Virus record (IMG/VR): IMGVR_UViG_3300009103_000082
Coordinates: 1 to 37,078 of that record
Reading direction: 5' to 3' (one strand)
Source: a virus
Lineage: Duplodnaviria > Caudoviricetes
DNA: 37,078 bases
Shown: one piece after another, positions 33,990 through 37,078 of the stretch
Layout of the letters: each line of letters starts with the position of its first letter
Position numbering within the stretch: position 1 is the first letter of the stretch
Position numbers and translations under genes: made by a program
The notes under the pieces: model-generated
The model's input: only the letters and a program-made list of their open reading frames with translations
Databases searched by the model: none
Told to the model about the DNA's origin: nothing

Positions 33990-34637
33990 TTATACCGCCA
34001 AAAAAGTCATTTCTACAGGGTACTTGTTAGCATCAATCGCTATTGCATCAGACAAGGCAATACTAGCTAGTCCAAACTGCTCTGCTGCGCTTTGCCCTCC
34101 TGTCTCACCCCTCTCTCTGAGAGCCATAGCAAAGGCAAGTTGCAAAACAGGATTAGAAGGAACGCTTAAACTTGTAGCATCTGCTGATAACGCTGCTTGG
34201 GGAGTAACAACATCAAATCGCATTGCATACACGCCATCTGGCTTAGGGTAAACATCAACCTGAATATCACCATTAGAGTCTGTGCTGTTCATTGTAAAAT
34301 AGTTCGGCGCACCAGAAGCAGGAGTGGCGTTATAAAATTGCGTATTAAAAAAAGATTTGGTGCGCTGCTGCAAAAACAGATTGCTTGTGTCATTCATGCA
34401 ATCTTTTAGCACTGAATTTTGCCCTGCTCCGGTCAAAGCATAGGTATATGTTCCATCTACAGTATTGAAAGTAATAGTGTTTCTTAAAGCTGACCACTCC
34501 CAAGCCTCTTCAACTGTGGTTTTAGCGTCATTTACAAGATCGCCAATTAGTGTGCTGTAAGCGTTTTCTGTATTAGTAGAAACAGTAGTTTCTCTTAATC
34601 GTCTTAGGACACCATTTATCAAATTTAGGTAAGTCAT
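33990..34637 (-). CDS. Head-tail adaptor / tubular protein A
   Basis: MTYLNLINGVLRRLRE..WEWSAL..VYPKPDGVY. Confidence 0.75.
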   Translation of the reverse strand: MTYLNLINGVLRRLRETTVSTNTENAYSTLIGDLVNDAKTTVEEAWEWSALRNTITFNTVDGTYTYALTGAGQNSVLKDCMNDTSNLFLQQRTKSFFNTQFYNATPASGAPNYFTMNSTDSNGDIQVDVYPKPDGVYAMRFDVVTPQAALSADATSLSVPSNPVLQLAFAMALRERGETGGQSAAEQFGLASIALSDAIAIDANKYPVEMTFLAV

Positions 34638-34643
34638 ATCCAG

Positions 34644-36554
34644 TTATCCTATTTGCATCATTTTTGCCAGCTCAATCAAAGAAGAGCCTGGAGTTCTTTG
34701 CCTATATCTTTCTTCTGTTTTGGCTAAAAAGTTAGAGGCTTTAGGAAATAAGGGCTGCCTTCCCTGTCCTAACACGGGCATTTGGGCAAGCTCAAAATCA
34801 GTAACACGAACCCCAGGGACATCCATTTGTATTGCCTGTCCTCTATCCATGTTTACATTAAACCCTACTGCTCCAGCCTGACCTCTTTCACCTTGAGCGC
34901 CTCTTTCACCTTGAGTGCCAGCAGCACCTGTAGCGCCAGTTAAACCTCTTTCTCCAGTAGCACCTGTAGCTCCAGCTACTCCAGCGGCTCCAGCAGCACC
35001 TCTTTCCCCTTTATCACCTTTATCACCTTTATCACCTTTATCACCTTTGCCATTGCCATTACCATTACCGTTACCGTTGCCGTTGCCGTTTAGAACAACT
35101 CCATTTCCATTACTTCCATTTCCATTACTTCCATTTCCATTACTTCCATTTCCGTTACTTCCATTACCGTTGTCACCATTTCCATTACTTCCATTTCCAT
35201 TACTTCCGTTCCCATTACTTCCGTTATTTGTATTATTGCTACCGCCTCCAGTTGTAGTAGTACCTCCGGTGGTGGTGGTAGTACCTCCTCCTGTAGTAGT
35301 GCCTCCCCCAGTGGTAGTAGTGCCTCCAGTGGTAGTAGTGCCTCCGCCGGTGGTAGCGGCAAGGTTTGGGTCGATCCCCCCTGCAACAGCATCTATAATG
35401 CCTGTAGTGTCAGCAGCAGGATTAGCCGTGGCATTAGCAGCAGCATTAGCAGCAGCATTAGCAGCAGCATTAGCAGCAACAGAGGTATCAACAAACCCAC
35501 CTTCAATTTCACCGCTTGCAATTTTGTTTATTTGGCTCCAAAAATTTTCCCAGACAGGAGCCATAATTGCGTTGTAATCTGATTCCTCAGAAGAATCAGC
35601 AGAATGCTCTAACTGCCAACCACCTATGTTAAGTCCCTCACCAGCACGATCAATAGTGGGCCTATAAAGCACAACTGTATCGCCATCGTTAAAAGTGGTT
35701 CCTTCCGTACCTCCTACATCAGAGACACTAACAATTTCTGTTGCATCTCCCATTCTATTTCCGTCATTATCAAATGGCTGATAACCAAAAGTATCTGTGT
35801 CCTTATCATAAATCCAAGAATAACTAGCAGGTGTTGAGACTGCTGTGCTGGCACTTCCGGTTGAACCATCTCCACTACTAGCTGTTGCAGTTGAGTCAGT
35901 CAAAATACCGCCACCAGAGTCTTCTGTTGATGAAGATAAAATGTCCGTAGCAGATGTTTCTGAACTATCAGCCCCTTCTAAAGCGCTCTCAAGCGCACTA
36001 ACAAGGCCACCCCCGCTAACAGAAATATTATTATCTACATTTAAAAACCCCGAATCCCCATAGCGAACACCGTATCTTGGATCAGAACTATTAATTTCAT
36101 TGCTAAAAGCATCGTCTATTCCAAACTGCCCCCATGTCTCTTGCAGGGCGTTTAAACGCTGCTCATCAGTCAAGTTGTAGTCATAAGCAGTTTTACTGAT
36201 TAGCTCTGCTGTGTAGGTAGCTTTTTCTTGATTAGAAAGGCTAGGGTCGTTATTAAGAATATCTACAGCTTCTGCCAACTCGTCCTTAGTCAATATTTTA
36301 TTTCTTAGATCATTAAATCTTTTTCTTTCTGGTGCGTAGGCAAGCTGATCTCCATGAGGCAGCATATCTTTGTACTTCTGCCACCAGTTTTCTCCCATGA
36401 CAAGGCCGCCGTAACCTGGAGCATGAGGTTGTTCTCCAGTCCATTCAGCCCCAAAAATTCCCAATTCTTGAGCAGCATCTGGCGCAATGGATGCAGGCAA
36501 AACAGAACCCAACAGCCCACCACCACTAATTTTATTAAACAAATTTTCTGGCAT
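34644..36554 (-). CDS. Low-complexity protein with collagen-like Gly-X-Y repeats
   Basis: 636 aa; (AAAN)n, (TTTGGG)n, (NGNGS)n and (GDK)n, then about 20 Gly-X-Y triplets. Confidence 0.75.
   Translation of the reverse strand: MPENLFNKISGGGLLGSVLPASIAPDAAQELGIFGAEWTGEQPHAPGYGGLVMGENWWQKYKDMLPHGDQLAYAPERKRFNDLRNKILTKDELAEAVDILNNDPSLSNQEKATYTAELISKTAYDYNLTDEQRLNALQETWGQFGIDDAFSNEINSSDPRYGVRYGDSGFLNVDNNISVSGGGLVSALESALEGADSSETSATDILSSSTEDSGGGILTDSTATASSGDGSTGSASTAVSTPASYSWIYDKDTDTFGYQPFDNDGNRMGDATEIVSVSDVGGTEGTTFNDGDTVVLYRPTIDRAGEGLNIGGWQLEHSADSSEESDYNAIMAPVWENFWSQINKIASGEIEGGFVDTSVAANAAANAAANAAANATANPAADTTGIIDAVAGGIDPNLAATTGGGTTTTGGTTTTGGGTTTGGGTTTTTGGTTTTGGGSNNTNNGSNGNGSNGNGSNGNGDNGNGSNGNGSNGNGSNGNGSNGNGVVLNGNGNGNGNGNGNGKGDKGDKGDKGDKGERGAAGAAGVAGATGATGERGLTGATGAAGTQGERGAQGERGQAGAVGFNVNMDRGQAIQMDVPGVRVTDFELAQMPVLGQGRQPLFPKASNFLAKTEERYRQRTPGSSLIELAKMMQIG
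34870..35480. repeat. Coding tandem-repeat array (9-, 6-, 15-, ~18- and 12-bp units)
   Basis: CCTTTATCA repeats, CCATTA/CCATTG repeats, CCATTTCCATTACTT repeats, GTAGTAGTGCCTCC repeats and GCATTAGCAGCA repeats. Confidence 0.85.
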
Positions 36555-36565
36555 AACTGTTATCT

Positions 36566-37000
36566 CTAAACGTAAGTGTTGGTCTTAATCATATCGGTAA
36601 CTTCTAATGCCCGACCCTTTACTTGCCTAGCCCAAAGGCTGTCCAAAAATTCTGCTGCTGCTGCGTCATAACTGCCTTTTTCCATATGAGCCAACGCCTT
36701 AACAAACTTGGAGAAACGAACTCTACCTAGATTGAAGTGCATATTGATAATCCCGTCACGCCTTGCACCGTCTTCCAGGTCATTAAACCAATCATATTCT
36801 GTGCTTAATTCTTGAATGGTTCTAACAATGTCATTAGAAAGCATGAAGTCAATTTCTTCCATGCTTAACCCAATGCCTTGATGCTGGCCGTCAGGGTGTA
36901 TATTGCGCCCTGCGCCTATATGCCAAGTACCGTAGGCATCTTTGTAGGCACGCGTCTTAACACCTTCATGGCGCTTGAGTTGTTCTATGAGTTTTTCCAT
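36566..37000 (-). CDS. Endolysin, T4-type lysozyme (GH24)
   Basis: LKRHEG..AYKDAYGTWHIGAGRN (E-x8-D catalytic pattern), NMHFNLG, FLDSLWARQVKGRA; real start is ATG 37000 (or 37015); the longer 37066 start runs into the holin gene. Confidence 0.92.
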   Translation of the reverse strand: MEKLIEQLKRHEGVKTRAYKDAYGTWHIGAGRNIHPDGQHQGIGLSMEEIDFMLSNDIVRTIQELSTEYDWFNDLEDGARRDGIINMHFNLGRVRFSKFVKALAHMEKGSYDAAAAEFLDSLWARQVKGRALEVTDMIKTNTYV

Positions 37001-37078
37001 ACCGTTAATTTCCATTGTGGCTAGACCCGAAGTAGAAACTGGCGATACCGCTAACCAAGCCCCCAAGATAACCGAGAA
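36960..37078. repeat. Terminal direct repeat (119 bp), copy 2
   Basis: Identical to 1-119. Confidence 0.97.

Noticed and set aside
34915-35577. 220-aa Pro/Leu/Val-rich plus-strand ORF and the other antisense ORFs in the track (e.g. 125-529, 10683-11009, 19475-19963, 24123-24458)
   Set aside because: They are shadow frames opposite well-supported genes, with no RBS or recognisable motifs
37001-37066. N-terminal extension of the lysozyme (MGAWLAVSPV...) as a SAR or signal anchor
   Set aside because: This stretch is the 3' end of the holin gene read in another frame within the duplicated end; the lysozyme domain begins at MEKLIEQLKRHEG
36960-37078. 119-bp terminal repeat as a biological direct terminal repeat
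   Set aside because: It falls across the holin/lysozyme coding junction and its length equals a commonly used assembler k-mer, so it is best explained as circular-assembly overlap

Overview
The window is a complete, circularly assembled genome of a small tailed dsDNA phage of about 36,959 bp; the last 119 nt (36960-37078) repeat positions 1-119. The structural genes point to a short-tailed (podovirus-like) virion. A Gram-negative, probably aquatic proteobacterial host is inferred from gene content only. One long minus-strand late arm runs from TerS (20071) through thermonuclease, TerL, portal, scaffold, major capsid and tail-fibre genes. It continues through three RCC1 beta-propeller genes flanking a sulfotransferase-TPR-glycosyltransferase fusion, two large signal-peptide proteins, and a lipase-containing lysis cassette. 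It then crosses the contig junction to the lysozyme, a collagen-repeat protein, tail adaptor and nozzle, and ejection proteins. A short plus-strand early arm (20463-26418) is lambdoid in style: O-like C-terminal domain, P-like loader, single-strand annealing protein, SSB, XRE regulator, NinB and NinG. I recognise no integrase, DNA polymerase, helicase, primase, ParA/ParB or Xer gene. The most striking signal is non-coding. Three tiny intergenic gaps each hold a motif that matches a host chromosome-maintenance site: a perfect 16-bp parS beside the TerS ribosome-binding site (20086-20101), three tandem DnaA boxes (10216-10248), and a 28-bp dif/Xer-like site (15606-15633). This suggests a phage that borrows host ParB, DnaA and XerCD in cis (inference). 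Other highlights are a ~360-nt promoter-driven, highly structured non-coding region just upstream of the replication genes, a family of GTTTAAAC-centred palindromes, and a stand-alone restriction-enzyme-like DNA-recognition domain among the earliest genes. All protein calls come from motif recognition by eye, with no database search.
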